A DNA stretch of 64,000 bases from the NCBI RefSeq assembly GCF_000143415.4, contig NW_003314393.1, forward strand, positions 114,694 through 178,693, written 5' to 3'. Positions 12,691 to 25,855 of the stretch are shown here, piece by piece. Both the position numbers and the translations under genes were made by a program. Every line of letters begins with the position of its first letter. The first letter of the stretch is position 1. The DNA is from Selaginella moellendorffii. Its lineage: Eukaryota; Plantae; Lycopodiophyta. A model generated the notes under the pieces. The model was not told where the DNA came from. It made no database searches and was given only the letters and a program-made list of their open reading frames with translations.

Positions 12691-13391
12691 GACATCTAGC
12701 AGGGTTACAATCAACGGAACCATGGGACAATCCTTCAAACTTGAAAGATCAGTCCGCCAAAGATGCCTCCTTGCCCCCTACCTGTTCCTGTTCATCGCAG
12801 ACGGCCTGGCTTACTACCTTACCCAACCAAAGGGCCCAAAAGGCACTCTGCACTTCAGGACATGAACGAAGCCTCAAAGGAGGACCTCCTATCCTCAGCC
12901 TTTGCAGACGACACAAGCCTGATCGTGGAGGGATCATTGGAGAACCTTTCAAACGTCAAAAGGGACCTGGACTTCTTCAATGAGGCCATGGGATCAAAAA
13001 TAAACTGGCACAAATCAGTAGGACTATGGCTCCCCCCTGGCAGTCCTCCAACATGGGGCACGCAGCTGGGCTTCAAATGGCTGGACACAGAGGAGACCAC
13101 CTGCTACCTCGGTTTCCAAGTCGGATGCCAATATGATCCAGAACCTCAGAACCAAAAAGCAGTTACAAAACTAAGGGATCAACTCAAGTTCTGGGCGAGC
13201 AGAAAACTATCATTCTCAACATGCTACGTGGTGGCAAACAGCATCCTGCTTGGAGCGATTTGGTTCCTAGCAGCATGCTGGAACATGGACAGGCGAACGA
13301 TCCAGGAAATTCGAACCTATGTCTGGAAAGGCTCCTCCTGCGTCTCACGTGGTGGAGCAAAGGTCAACTAGCGGTCAGTAACACTTCCGAA
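12691..13391 (+). mobile_element. LINE reverse-transcriptase C-terminal fragment
   Basis: FADD, KINWHKS, YLGF motifs; interrupted at 13392 by an LTR. Confidence 0.9.
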
Positions 13392-14548
13392 TGTAGCGCA
13401 CGTGGTTTTGACCCTTTATCCTATGGTGATTTACCATAGGATAACACCACGAAGCGGAACCTAAACCCTCTTTGTGCCACGTGACATATGCCACGTGTCA
13501 CATGCCACGTGTCCATGCCACGTGTCCATGCCACGTGTCTACAGGAACCCGAGGTTCAGGGCCTTGGGCCACTGAACGAAGGAACAGTGCAAAACTCCCA
13601 AGCGTGAAGCCAAAGAGTGATGGAACCGAACCACGGAGCAACTCCCAAGCATAAAGCCCAAGGAGCGAAGGGACAGGAGCCCGGAGCGACTTGGAACAGT
13701 CCTAGAGTAATCAGCATCCCAATGCTAGGACCAGCACGCAAAACGGAGCCAAACGGAGTCTGACGCTATTTCGGCATACCGGTGGCCTAACGCGAGGATA
13801 TGGGTACTCCACCAACTAGCATGGAATGGAACTTGGGCTTAGACCCAAGCCGGATGCAGAACAAGGATAGGCACGCAAGCGGGAGCTAGACTATGCCTCA
13901 GGTTGGTCGGCCATACCCGACCTACCCACTATCCCTACTATACATTTGGAACCCCCCACAGCCCCCCCCCCTTTGAGGAACACACGCTTTGGGCTTTCAC
14001 CCCAAGCCTCCCTTAGTATCAGGAGTTAGTCTCTGGGACAAGCTCGAAACTTACTAAATATGGAATGTCCTTAGATTGCGAATTTGGACACGGGACGAAC
14101 ACCATTGTGTTCAGGCCGATCTCTACATTTCGTAGATATGCCAAATGAGCTAATCTAGACACTTTCCATAAATAGCATTTGGGACCGAAATGAGACCAAC
14201 ACAAAGGGTATGATAGCGAAGGTGTTTGGCAGACACGGTAAGCTATCATCTAGCGATATTGAGGGACCAAGCTCAATATCGCGGGGGTTCCCTACACTAG
14301 CAAGTGCAAGTCAAGGAATGAGTTTCTCTAACCAGGTCAAGTATGCTTGACAAATAGCACGTAGGAATTCCGTCCTTATGCCCATCTGGTCAAGTGCACA
14401 CGCGAAGACCAGTTTCTCAACTAGCTTAGGCGGAGACTGATAACGGGCCCAGCAATACTGACCTTCTGCCATCGTGGCAGTAAGGTAAGAGTGTCCGTAA
14501 GGACTAGCTGACAGGTAACTTTCGATACCCAAAGTCACATGCGCGACA
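13392..14548 (-). mobile_element. 3' LTR of a Gypsy-type element (family A), 1157 bp
   Basis: TG...CA ends; polypurine tract AGGGGGGAGAG at 14549-14560 on the minus strand; homologous to 60921-62814. Confidence 0.85.
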
Positions 14549-16764
14549 CTCTCCCCCCCTAGGGAAGATCGACGTCCTCGTCGATGCACACTCGAGTCTA
14601 GAATACCGCCAAGGAAACAACTCCAGAAAAAGTTCACGGTACTCACACTATGTGAGAAATGCACCAACTTAAATGAGTTAGGAGGCAACCTCTTTGTCTA
14701 ACGCGGATGCGCTACCAGCTCAGACACCTTCCGGCCGTCGCCGACAAGGAAATGACCAACAGAGTCAGCCACCCTTGCTGCTCTGGTTGTCATCCAGCTT
14801 ACAAAAGTGTGATATGCCCTGCCCGCAGAGACATAGAGAGAGGAGCCAGGGGCCCCAACCCTCCTAAGCAAAAACTACTGTAAATAGGCAGTTAGAGTTG
14901 TTTACACGGTCACGCCCTTTTAACGGAAGAAGGAACATCGACAGAGAGGCGGGTTATGTGACCAGTCGACAGTAGCTACCCCATGACTAGAGATTTCAAC
15001 ATGCACACGAAGTGCCGAAGCCAGTCTGCCTATTACTGACCCAAACTCAAAGATCAATAGATGGACAATATCAAAGTTATAAACAATGATATCTTAGAGT
15101 CTTAAGTATCAGTGAATATACCTTAGATTAGAACACAAAAGTATTCCAAGTAAGTTATCATCCCATAAACTAATAGTAGAGTATAGAAACCACCAAGATC
15201 ACAATAGATGGAAAACATAGGATTCACCATCCAACAAAATTCAATAGTCAATGTATCATCAAGAAAACTCAATGATAAATCTTAACTACTGAAGATGGTA
15301 GATAGTATGCCAAACAACTTACCAAAGATAACTCCAAGAACACAAAGCATCATTAACTGACAAGCACAAGGCTCGCGAATGTATCACCAATAGGAAATAA
15401 CATCCAAATCTATCAGAACTAACTCGAACAATAATCAACAGAATATAATGAATGTGGTAAGACCAACAACCATTCATTTATGTCAACTATCGCAGAAGAT
15501 AATCTGAATAGATCCCGGTCAACAATATCAAGGAACTCGAGTTGCTCAAGCAAGTGTCAGCAACATCCTACTAATGTCTCAAACCCAAGAGACCAATCTA
15601 GAGCAAACCACAAAGAACATGTGGTATTGCGAAAAGCCAAAAGTCATCAAAGAGAACAACTAACTACCATAAAAGGTCATCAATCATCCCATCAATAAGG
15701 AGATGCAGAATCATCGTCAAAGAAGGAATCCACCATCCTGAAGAATGGCAAATCATTCGATATTAACAATAATCAAGCAAATCCTTTTGACAAGGATAAT
15801 CAACTATCCTAGATGATAGTTAATCATCACCAATGATTGCTAGATGCAAAAGCCAACTTCAATAGTGAAGCTAATGAACTAAAATGCCTTCCCCAACAAC
15901 TTCTAACAAATGGAACAATGAGCATAAAACTCAAATAACCAAAAGCTCGAAGAAGTTTATAGCCAAGTCATGCCTAGCAATGATCACAAGTCTTGCATTG
16001 AACTAACTTCAATGCTAAAGAAGAAATCATGGTGTAACCCACAATATCCTCCTCAACACATCCATAAGCTAGACTTCATAATGCCAAAGCTAATGAAGAG
16101 CATATCTACATCAATCCAAAAGCTAAGCATAACGAAGCTAAACTCAACAAGTGATCACCAAATGATCCTCCATGAATCCATCTATAGCAAGACGTAACTC
16201 ACTTCATAACAAGCACAAAAAGAATCATCAATGATTGATATATCCTAATGTAAACCCAACAAGGGACCAACATCTTCAATATCAATCACTAACTTTTCCA
16301 CTTGTGGAGTTAGCATAGTCCTCGACTAAATCACTTTTCAAGGAAAAGCCAAAGCTTATCCTCTACTAAACAATCTTGTCTGGACACAACTAACTCAAAC
16401 TTGCCACTTAGTTCGTTTGAACATCAACACAGTTGCTAACTAGCAAATGTATGAATGCCAACAACATAAAGCTACAACCAAATCATCAACACTATCTGCA
16501 TCGAGACTAATAAAACTCAATATTAATCGAGAGAGAGATATCTCATTTCACTCGAATCTCAATAACAACAATGTCAATGTTAAGGCATCACTTTACTGCC
16601 ATCAACACCAGAACAAAGCTAGAAGAAAGCATGAGTGAATCACCACCCAAAACTCTCTAGCAACTAAGCTAACCAAAGTCAAAGATACTATACTTAGTAT
16701 CCAAGACCAATCTTTCAACATTACTCAGGTACAGATAACACTTCCTCAAGGAGTGATTCACCCT
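14549..16764 (-). mobile_element. Non-coding or degenerate internal region of the family A LTR element
   Basis: Adjoins the PPT; strand-skewed composition, no recognisable ORF. Confidence 0.55.
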
Positions 16765-17926
16765 GAGCGACTTGGAACAGTCCTAGAGTAACCAGCATCC
16801 CAATGCCAGGACCAGCACGCAAAACGGAGCCAAATGGAGTCTGATGTTATTTCGGCATACCGGTGGCCTAACACGAGGATATGGGTACTCCACCAACTAG
16901 CATGGAATGGAACTTGGGCTTAGACCCAAGCCGGACGCAGAACAAGGATAGGCACGCAAGCGGGAGCTAGACTATGCCTCAAGTTGGTCGGCCATGCCCG
17001 ACCTACCCACTATCCCTACTATACATTTAGAACCCCCCACGGGCCCCCCCCCCCTCCCTGAGGAACACACGCTTTGGGCTTTCACCCCAAGCCTCCCTTA
17101 GTATCAGGAGTTAGTCTCTGCGACAAGCTCAAAACTTACTAAATATGGAATGTCCTTACATTGCGAATTTGGACATGGGACGAACACTGTTGTGTTCAAG
17201 ACAATCTCTACATTCCGTAGATATGCCAAATGTGCAAATCTAGACACTTTCCATAAATAGCATTTGGGACCGAATTGAGACTAACACAAAGGGCATGATA
17301 GCGAGGGTGTTTGGCAAACACGGTAGCGATATTGAGGGACTAATCTCAATACGCAAGGGTTCTTGTCAAGCCAGTGCAAGACAGAGCAAAAGAGAACTAA
17401 AAAGCCGGGCCAAGTATGCTTGGCTGAATAGACACTTAGGAATTCCGTCCTTATGCTCATCCGGCCAAGTACAGATGCAAAGTTCAGTTTACTAACACTT
17501 GAACAAGAGGGACCAGCAATACCGAGGGTCCAGCAATACCGGGTCCAGCAATACCGACCTCCTGCCATCGTGGCAGTAAGGTAAGAGTGTTTGTCAGGTA
17601 ACTTTCGATACCCGATTCGTGACAACTTGGAAATATAGATTAAATCAAAATTGGAAAGATGAAAAAATGTTGGTTCAAGATGAGCCAATGTTTTTCTTGT
17701 GTTTGAGAAGTCGTAAGCTCAACTCATAAGTTCAAAATCTACCTAAGCTAGATCCTAGGAGGAGATGAGAGTAGTGACTTGAAGGGGAGTTTACAAGCCA
17801 CTCACTATGTTACTAAATTTGGTGCAAACAGAGAGTCACTTGCAATTGATATCAAGGGATCTTTGACTGACTAAGCAATCACCTTCTTCTTTCCTTTTGC
17901 TCGGGTGGTTGTAGTTTGTTGCTGTT
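16765..17926 (-). repeat. Inverted segmental copy of 60619-62537 (partial LTR A + MULE arm fragment + flank)
   Basis: Same LTR/MULE junction (CCAAGT|TGTCACGAAT) and the same ~300-bp flank in both places. Confidence 0.85.
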
Positions 17927-20900
17927 TCCCCCCCCTCTTTCCCCAAGGAAAAAAAGCAAAAGCAAGAAGAGGGCCACGCCTGATTGGAGGAACGGACACC
18001 TGAAGCACTGGAAAGGGACAGAAGCACCCGAGAAGCAAAACAAGTGCCAATCGCTCCAAGTCCAGGCCCTTAGAACAAGGCAACTTCCAACCAGTCCAAT
18101 GCGGCGCCCACCCTATCCGATGTCACAGTCCCAGTTCCGGGGGAGATCCAAGTCGAAGCCAATGAGATCCTTATGGAGCTACAACAACACCAAGTCCTAG
18201 AAGCCAAGACACTCGTTCTTGCGATCTTTGAAGGAGGCAAACCTGACCGGGAGTTAGCCAGGCAGTGGTTGGACAAATGCTTCCAAGAGGTAGGAGTTGC
18301 TTTTCGGGGTCGACAGGTCACATTCCTCGGCCACAATTGCTATAGCATCGAAGTCTGCACCGAGACGAACCACCACACACTCATCACCACACAACGAATC
18401 ACGCAGCCAACCTACAAGTGCTTCTTCTACCGCTACCCGCCGGGCTTCTCACCAAGCCAAAAGGAGACGATCCATAGGCCGACGATGGAACTGGACCTCA
18501 TCATCGACGACCTCTCCAAAACCAACAACACCCCGGTGTTTCTGGCCATGATGGTTGAAGGGTTTGCACAGTACTTGGGGAAAAAGGCCACTCGGGAGGA
18601 ATCAGGCGGACAGCTCATATATGTCCTGTTCACAGGTAAAGCTATCCCCTACAAGATTCGGATGCTTGGCAAGGTGTACCTGGTCCACATCGTGGAGTCT
18701 CGCACAACACCCACAACCACACCAGCACCATCCGCACAAGTTGAGAGCTGCAAGTGCAAGCGAAGCCCGGCCACTCGGACCGTAACCTCAAAGAGACCAC
18801 CTGGGCGGGATTCAGTGCACCACACTGGATGCGCACAGGGATGGAGAGCTTCGCCCAATCGCTCCTCAGGATGGGGTGCTGCTCCATCAGCTCAACGGTT
18901 GCCCTCTCCAACCCAGCCTCACATGGAACGGTCACCGGAAGTGAACACCCAACCCCACGCCAAAGAATCCACCTCCAGGTCCTCTCAACGCCTGCAGGTC
19001 CGTCTCTGGATGCATGTCAGCACCTCACAACCAAGGCAGTACCTGGCGGTGTGGCGTTCACCCACAGGGTACACTCTCCCATCCTTCCATATGGCACGGA
19101 ATCAGCTCCCGGACCAGGGCCTTCATGCTTTCCTTCAGGCCTCTAAAATCATCAACGACATCCCGTACCGAGTGGAAGTGGACAAGTGCACTATAGTGGG
19201 CAGCAACATGGACCTGTATGCAGCCCTCCTCACCAAAAGCGGCGTCATCCCCACGAGAGGAGGGAGAGATCGCGAATTCTCGTGGGTGGAATGCCCACGC
19301 TTCACATGGCGAGAACGTCAACGCAGAGGCATACAACGTCGTTTGGACCGCTTCTACCTCACCATGGATCTGTGCATGCAAGGGGGGAAGTTGGACATTG
19401 ACAACACTTACACAGACTTCTCGGACCACCATCTGATCAGACTCACACTTCCCTTTCAAAGATCGAGAGGTCCAAGGAAGCCAGGTACCATACCCAAGAA
19501 GTTCTTTGAGGAGCAAGCCAACAATAATCGGGCACACGAGCAATGGAAAAAACACAAAGGGAACCTACACTCCTTCACCCTTCAAATCGCTCAAGAGGCT
19601 CGAGCCAAGATCCAAAAAGATAGGAGAGGCGACACCATGATCCAGCCCAACCAGACGGCCCACAACCGCGACCGAATCAATGCTTTCTACGGATTAACCA
19701 TCTCGGAACACAGGATGCGTAAATTCTAGACAGCCTTTTTAGCAGCCAAACACGCATGCCTTGAACGACTAAACCTGCAAGAAGATCAGCGCCATCGTTG
19801 GTGGAAGGTGGATGAATCGATCGTATTCACCCTACCCAACACGGCATCCTTGATATGAGCAGAGCTAAACCGATTAGAGTGATTCAAATAGAGAAAAAAA
19901 CTGCCAACGTTGATCCATTGATCCCAGAAAAACAATACGCTTGCCTCTACTGGTTCCGCCAACAAACCCTGGATGAACTCAAGTGGGATCCTGCAGAGTG
20001 GCATTGGAGGGGAACCACGTGCAAGGACTTCTTCCAGTACGAGACCAAGCTAGGCCGCAAACTGATCAAGGTGCCGACTCAATCCTCCCTCATCCGGAAA
20101 GCAAAGGCCCAACAGATCCATTCCAGGAACCACTCACACTGCATCAACAAGATCTGGAAGGGGCGCTGGAAAGCTAAGAACCGCTACTTCATGTGGCTAG
20201 CCCAACAAGAACGTCTCCCCTCTCTGGTCGCCATACATCTTCCGAACACAGCCTGCAAGACCTGTGGCGCCACAGAAACACAGCGACACATCTTATGGGA
20301 ATGTCCGACAGCACAGGAAGTATGGGAAGGTGCAGCAGCGGTATTCAAACGAACGTCAACCGGAGGAGCTGCAATCACATATGAATCAGCACTCTGGGGT
20401 AGCTTCATCCAAGGAAAAACAAAGAATCCTGATGCATGGAAGTGGAGACACATAGGGTTTAGGGTTTAGGGTTTAGACCAGACCTCCAACATGGGGCACA
20501 GAGCTGGGTTTCAAATGGCTGAACACGGAGGAGACCACCCGCTACCTTGGCTTCCAAGTCGGACGCCAGTATGATCAAGAACCTCAGAACCAAAAAGTAG
20601 TTACAAAACTAAGGGATCAACTCAAGTTCTAGGCGAGCAGAAAACTATCATTCTCAGCACGCTGTGTGGTGGCTAACAGCATCCTGCTTGGAGCGATATG
20701 GTTCCTGGCAGCATGCTTGGTTTGGTCCAGATTGATCGTCTCACTCACGGCCCGCCTAGACACGCTGATCAAAGGAGGCGTGGAAGGGAAGATAGCGAAG
20801 GAGAAGGAGCAGCACAGGAAGTATGGGAAGGTGCAGCAGCGGTACTCAAACGAACAACAACCGGAGGAGCGGCAATCACATACGAATCAGCACTCTGGGG

Positions 20901-23900
20901 TAGCGTCATCCAGGGAAAAACAAAGAATCCTGATGCATGGAAGTGGAGACACAACGAGGCCCCACACTTTGATCAACTCAACCAAACTCGGACACACATT
21001 AAGCATCTCTACCAGGAGCTCTTTGACGCGCTTCGGGGATGTACACTAGCAGAGATATGGAAGGCTCGCTGTGCCAGGCTGTTCGAAGACACGGACCCCT
21101 CGGCTCAAGCAACTATCTCAAAGGTTTGGTCCAGATTGATCGTCTCACTCGCGGCCCACCTGGACACGCTGATCAAACGAGGTGTGGAAGGGAAGATAGC
21201 GAAGGAGAAGGAGCTGTGGCCGTTTTTTAGAGAAAGAAGCAAGGCTGGAGAAGAAGAATGGTTGTGGAAGCTACCATTATGGATTTGGCAGCACATGTTC
21301 AGGAACAACAGTATGTGTAGCTCTCCGAGTCGACAGAGTTCCACACCAGGAACTTTGGAAGTTTGGAGATCAGACATCACGGGCTCGAGTGCCAATTCTA
21401 CTTTGTCCCCCTCGTCCCACCCCCCCTAAAAATCTTGAAGTGCTCTTTCACAGTTTCAAGCATGTCGAAATCGGAATCTATGGTTTATAGAGGATAAAAT
21501 AAAAAACCCCATTGACAAAGTCAGCCATTTTTGTGGATCCACCATGATCAAGGCACTCAGAGCAACGCCATTTGATGTATGGGATGTTTCGAGGGGCACG
21601 GCTCGTGTCAGAAGCTGCATCAGGCTAGCTTGTTGGAGTGCAGAAACGTAGCTTCAACCCGGATCCGAAAGGAGCAGCTCGCCTTTGGTCGTGATTCCAA
21701 ATGGATAGCGCCAAGGGTACGGCTACACTGGTATGAGGCTGTGGGACTGGTGTGGTGGCACTACACTTGCACGGCCTGATGGGAGGCTGGAAACAGCAAT
21801 CCCAGTTGGAGGGGATCAGTCACACAGCAGCGAGGAGAGGACTTCCAGGCAGCAGCAGCATCACCATTACCAGAGACGGCACACTCCTCCTCAGTTCACC
21901 GCACTGTGGGATCCAGGACAGTACATCTCCAGGGGCTTCTTATATCTCTGGAAAACTGTAGGTGTCATACAGATAGAGATCAAGCAAGGGCGGTGTACCT
22001 TCACTGATCTCACGATCGACTCAAGTCCTTCACATCAGTAGATGCAACCACATGGGAGAGATGAGGCTGGGGACCATGGATAAGGCGCGAAGTTCACCAC
22101 CAGTACGGATAGGGAGCACGCGTTTGCGGAGTGAGTGGCACGGCTTTGGGCAGCACAGAACCGGACACTAGTTCCTTGATCTGATCTGCACAGAACCGAA
22201 CCGAACTCTAGTTCCAGGGATCCTCCCTTCATCACAACCCCACCATATGCTCTTTGCCAGTTTCGAGCATGTCGAAACTGGACCTCTATGGTTTTCAAGA
22301 GGATAAATATGAAAAGCCCCATTGACAAAGGCGGACTAGATTCCGATTGATTGATCGTCTCACTCGCGGCCCGCCTGGACATGCTGATCAAATGAGGCAT
22401 GGAAGGGAAGATAGCGAAGGAGAAGGAGTTGTGGCCATTTTTTAGAGGAAGAAGCGAGGCTGGAGAAGAAGAATGGACGTGGAAGCCACCATTATGGATT
22501 TGGCAGCACATGTTCAGGAACGAAGGCACGTGTACCTCCCCGAGTCGACAGAGTTCCACACCAGGAACTTCGGAAGTTTTGAGATTGGACATCACAGGCT
22601 CGAGTATCAGTTCTACTTTGTCCCCCTCGTCCCACCCCCCCTAAAAATCTTGAAGAGCTCTTTCCCGGTTTCGAGCATGTCGAAATCGGACTCTATCTAT
22701 GCCCTGGCATCCCGCTCCACCTCATGAGCACACTTCTTCCGAATTCTGCAGCGCCGTCTTCCAACTGGAATTGATGATTGGATCCTGGCTGGTGACTTCA
22801 ATTTCGTGGACCACGAGGAGGACAAAAGGGGAGGCATAATCCAGGACAGACGTACACGTGCGGAACGCCTTGCATGGAACTCGTTCCTCCTAGAAATTGC
22901 CACCTGTGACGCCTACGAGATCCCAGGGTTTGTAACACATGAACCGCGCTTCACATGGCAAGAACGTCAACACAGAGGCATACAATGTCGTCTGGACCGC
23001 TTCTACGTCACCATGGACCTGTGCATGCAAGGAGGGAAGTTGGACATCGACAACACCTACACAGACTTCTCAGACCACCATCCGATTAGACTCACACTTC
23101 CCTTTCGAATATCGAGAGGTCCAAGAAAGCCAGTTGCCATACCCAAGAAGTTCTTTGAGGAACAGACCAACAATAACTAGGCACACGAGCAATGGGAAAA
23201 ACACAAGGGGAACCTACACTCCACCCTTCGAATCGCACAAGAGGCTCAAGCCAAGATCCAGAAAGATAAGAGAGGTGTCTTTAACACAGTCCAAAAGGTT
23301 CGGAGAATCCTGACCTCGATCAACACCAACCTTCGCAGCAATCTGGATGACCCATGGCTACAAGCACAAAAAATCCAGGTTAAGTGCCAACTGGAAAGGA
23401 TAGAGGCCGACAAAATGGAAGCCTTCCTAAAAGCAGGACACATTAGATGGCACGCAAGTGAGCTTGCGCTGAATAGGGAGTTCTATCGATCCATAAGATC
23501 CAAAGTGGTTTCCCCGCCAATGTTCGGACTGAAGGATGAACAAGGGCATCTGCACACAAAGATTGATGACATGCACAACATGGCAGAACACTACTACTCT
23601 CAGTTTTTCAAGGAGGAACCATGGGATGAGGTCAGACAAGACAAACTTGAGCAAGTGCTAGAGCATATACCAACCAAGTACACCCCAGCAATGAACATTA
23701 GACTAACAAGACTTTTCACGCTGCGTGAACTAAAGGACGCCCTGGATGACCTCAAGGACGACAAGATGCCAGGGGAGGATGGCATGCCACCAGCCTTCTA
23801 CAAACAAAACTGGGAATGGATCAGACCAGAAGTTCTCAAGATGTGGCAAGAAACCATGCGAGCTGGGAAGTGGCCAGAAGGAGCTATGGATGGGATCATA

Positions 23901-24850
23901 GCACTAATACCAAAAAAAGGAGATATGTCCCACCTCAAGAACTGGAGGCCCATTTCTATGCTCAACACCAGGTACAAAATTGTAGCAAAAGTCTTGGCAT
24001 CACGTCTCAAGCCTCTGCTCCCAGAAATGATTAAGGAGACACAGAACAGATTTGTGGAGGGCAGACAAATCGTGGACAACCTCCTAACAGTCCTTCTGGT
24101 GCAAGTACACACCAAAGACACGGTGGAGTAGATCGCAATCATTCTCTTGGACTTCGAAAAAGCTTATGACCGGGAGGATTGGAAAGTTCTCCAGGCCATA
24201 ATGATCAAGCAAGGAGTTGCTCAGCAGTTCGTGGAATGGACAGCATACCACTTGGCATCAAGCAGGGTTACAATCAACGGAACTATGGGACAGTCCTTCA
24301 AACTTGAAAGATTGGTCCGCCAAGGATGCCCCCTCGCACCAGGAAAACTGTTTTTTGCTTTCGACAAACACGCTCCTGAACACTCCCTCCTTCGCCACTT
24401 TCGCTGGATCTGCTCCGGGTCCCCCTACTTCAAGCTCGCTCCACCCAACAGTCGGTCTAAACGGATCCATTTGGGTAGTGAAGGGATCGTCTCAGGACCT
24501 CCAGGGCCGATAGGAATGATGGCCGCACAGCCCACAATCCTCTTCGCACCACTGCAAGGTTAAAAAAGAGGCCCCCGGTGGGGAAACAGCGAAAGTTCCC
24601 CTCTGCTCCCCCCACCTCAAGAACAAAAACGAAAACGTGCCAAGCCGGATTAGGGGAAGGAAGCTCGAAGCACTGAAAAGGGATAGATGCACATGAGAAG
24701 CAAACTGAGCGTGTACCGCCACGTACTCTCCACTTCCCGGACATGAGCGCCCTCAGCAAGCACATCCAGAGGAGCCGGAGTAAAGAACGTCCCTTGGACC
24801 AGCGGCGAACATGCCTGCTTTCCTCTTTGAGCACCCCCTCATCTCAACAC
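17927..24850 (+). mobile_element. Shuffled mosaic of L1-clade LINE fragments (ORF1, APE endonuclease, RT, zf-RVT, 3'UTRs)
   Basis: AGDFN, RLDRFY and SDH endonuclease motifs; PGEDG, NWRPIS, DFEKAYD and RQGCPL RT motifs; repeated 3' ends; all on the + strand but out of order. Confidence 0.9.
20453..20476 (+). repeat. Interstitial telomeric repeat (TTTAGGG) x~3.4
   Basis: TAGGGTTTAGGGTTTAGGGTTTAG between two non-contiguous LINE fragments. Confidence 0.9.
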
Positions 24851-25029
24851 CATGGCTGCAAAATGTGGACGTTGCCAGTGAGATGGTGTATGCCTTCAAA
24901 ACGTTTGGTAAGGGGAGCGCTTTGAAAGTAGTTCAAATTGATGGTAGTGGCCATTGTGTACCCATTGAAAGCCCATTGCTGCTTGTTCAAGCTCTACACA
25001 GTTTTATGCTTGGAGTTGGATTGAATTGA
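24851..25029 (+). pseudogene. C-terminal fragment of an alpha/beta-hydrolase gene
   Basis: VVQIDGSGHCVPIESPLLLVQALHSF matches the catalytic-His terminal motif; followed by a stop and AT-rich UTR-like DNA; no 5' part recognised. Confidence 0.6.
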
Positions 25030-25855
25030 GTATTGCAATGCTATTTATGCCAAAGAAGTGGCAAGAACTTTCATTATGATAGTCTTCTTTTCATACTTCT
25101 GTAGAAAAAAGTTAGAATAAATTGAAACTAAAAGTTAATGACATTTCAAATGGTCTGGTTTCAAATGTATAGTAGGGATAGTGATTCATTTGTTTTGCAT
25201 CTGATTTGGCTAATTTCTATACCATATTAACTAGTGGAGTATTTATATTTTTGTATTAAGTGCTGAAATAATGCCAAACTATGTTTGGCTCTGTTTTACA
25301 TATTAATCTTGGTGTTTGGGATGCATTTCAATGAGTATTATCTAGTGTATACACAAAGAACCAAGTGGGTACACATTTGGTTATTATAACTTCACATATG
25401 TATGGTTGGCAAGTATCATTTTGTATCACCTTGTTAAGCATGTCTATATTCAGTTGAAGTTTAATCCTAAATTTCATACTATTAGAATTTTGTGTTAGGC
25501 CAACATTATGTTAAAATTATGTTAAACTATATTTGGCTTTGTTTTATGTACATGCCCTACACCCTAAACTCCAAACCTTAAACCCTACACTCACAAGTTT
25601 AGTCTATACATTAGTTTGGGCTGTACACTTAGGAATATTTTTATTGGAAATGGTCACTTCAAATCTGGCATAGATGGCAACATTGAGTAATTAGAGGTTA
25701 TTTTTTGTATACTTAATAATGATATAGTATTTAACTTAAAAAATAATTATAAGTGGTATTATTATAAATAAAATATGAAGAGGCATAGTATAATCTAGGG
25801 AGATTAGATCTTTGTCTTTTAGCACTGGATCTTAATATTGATAAAGAAAAGGCCC

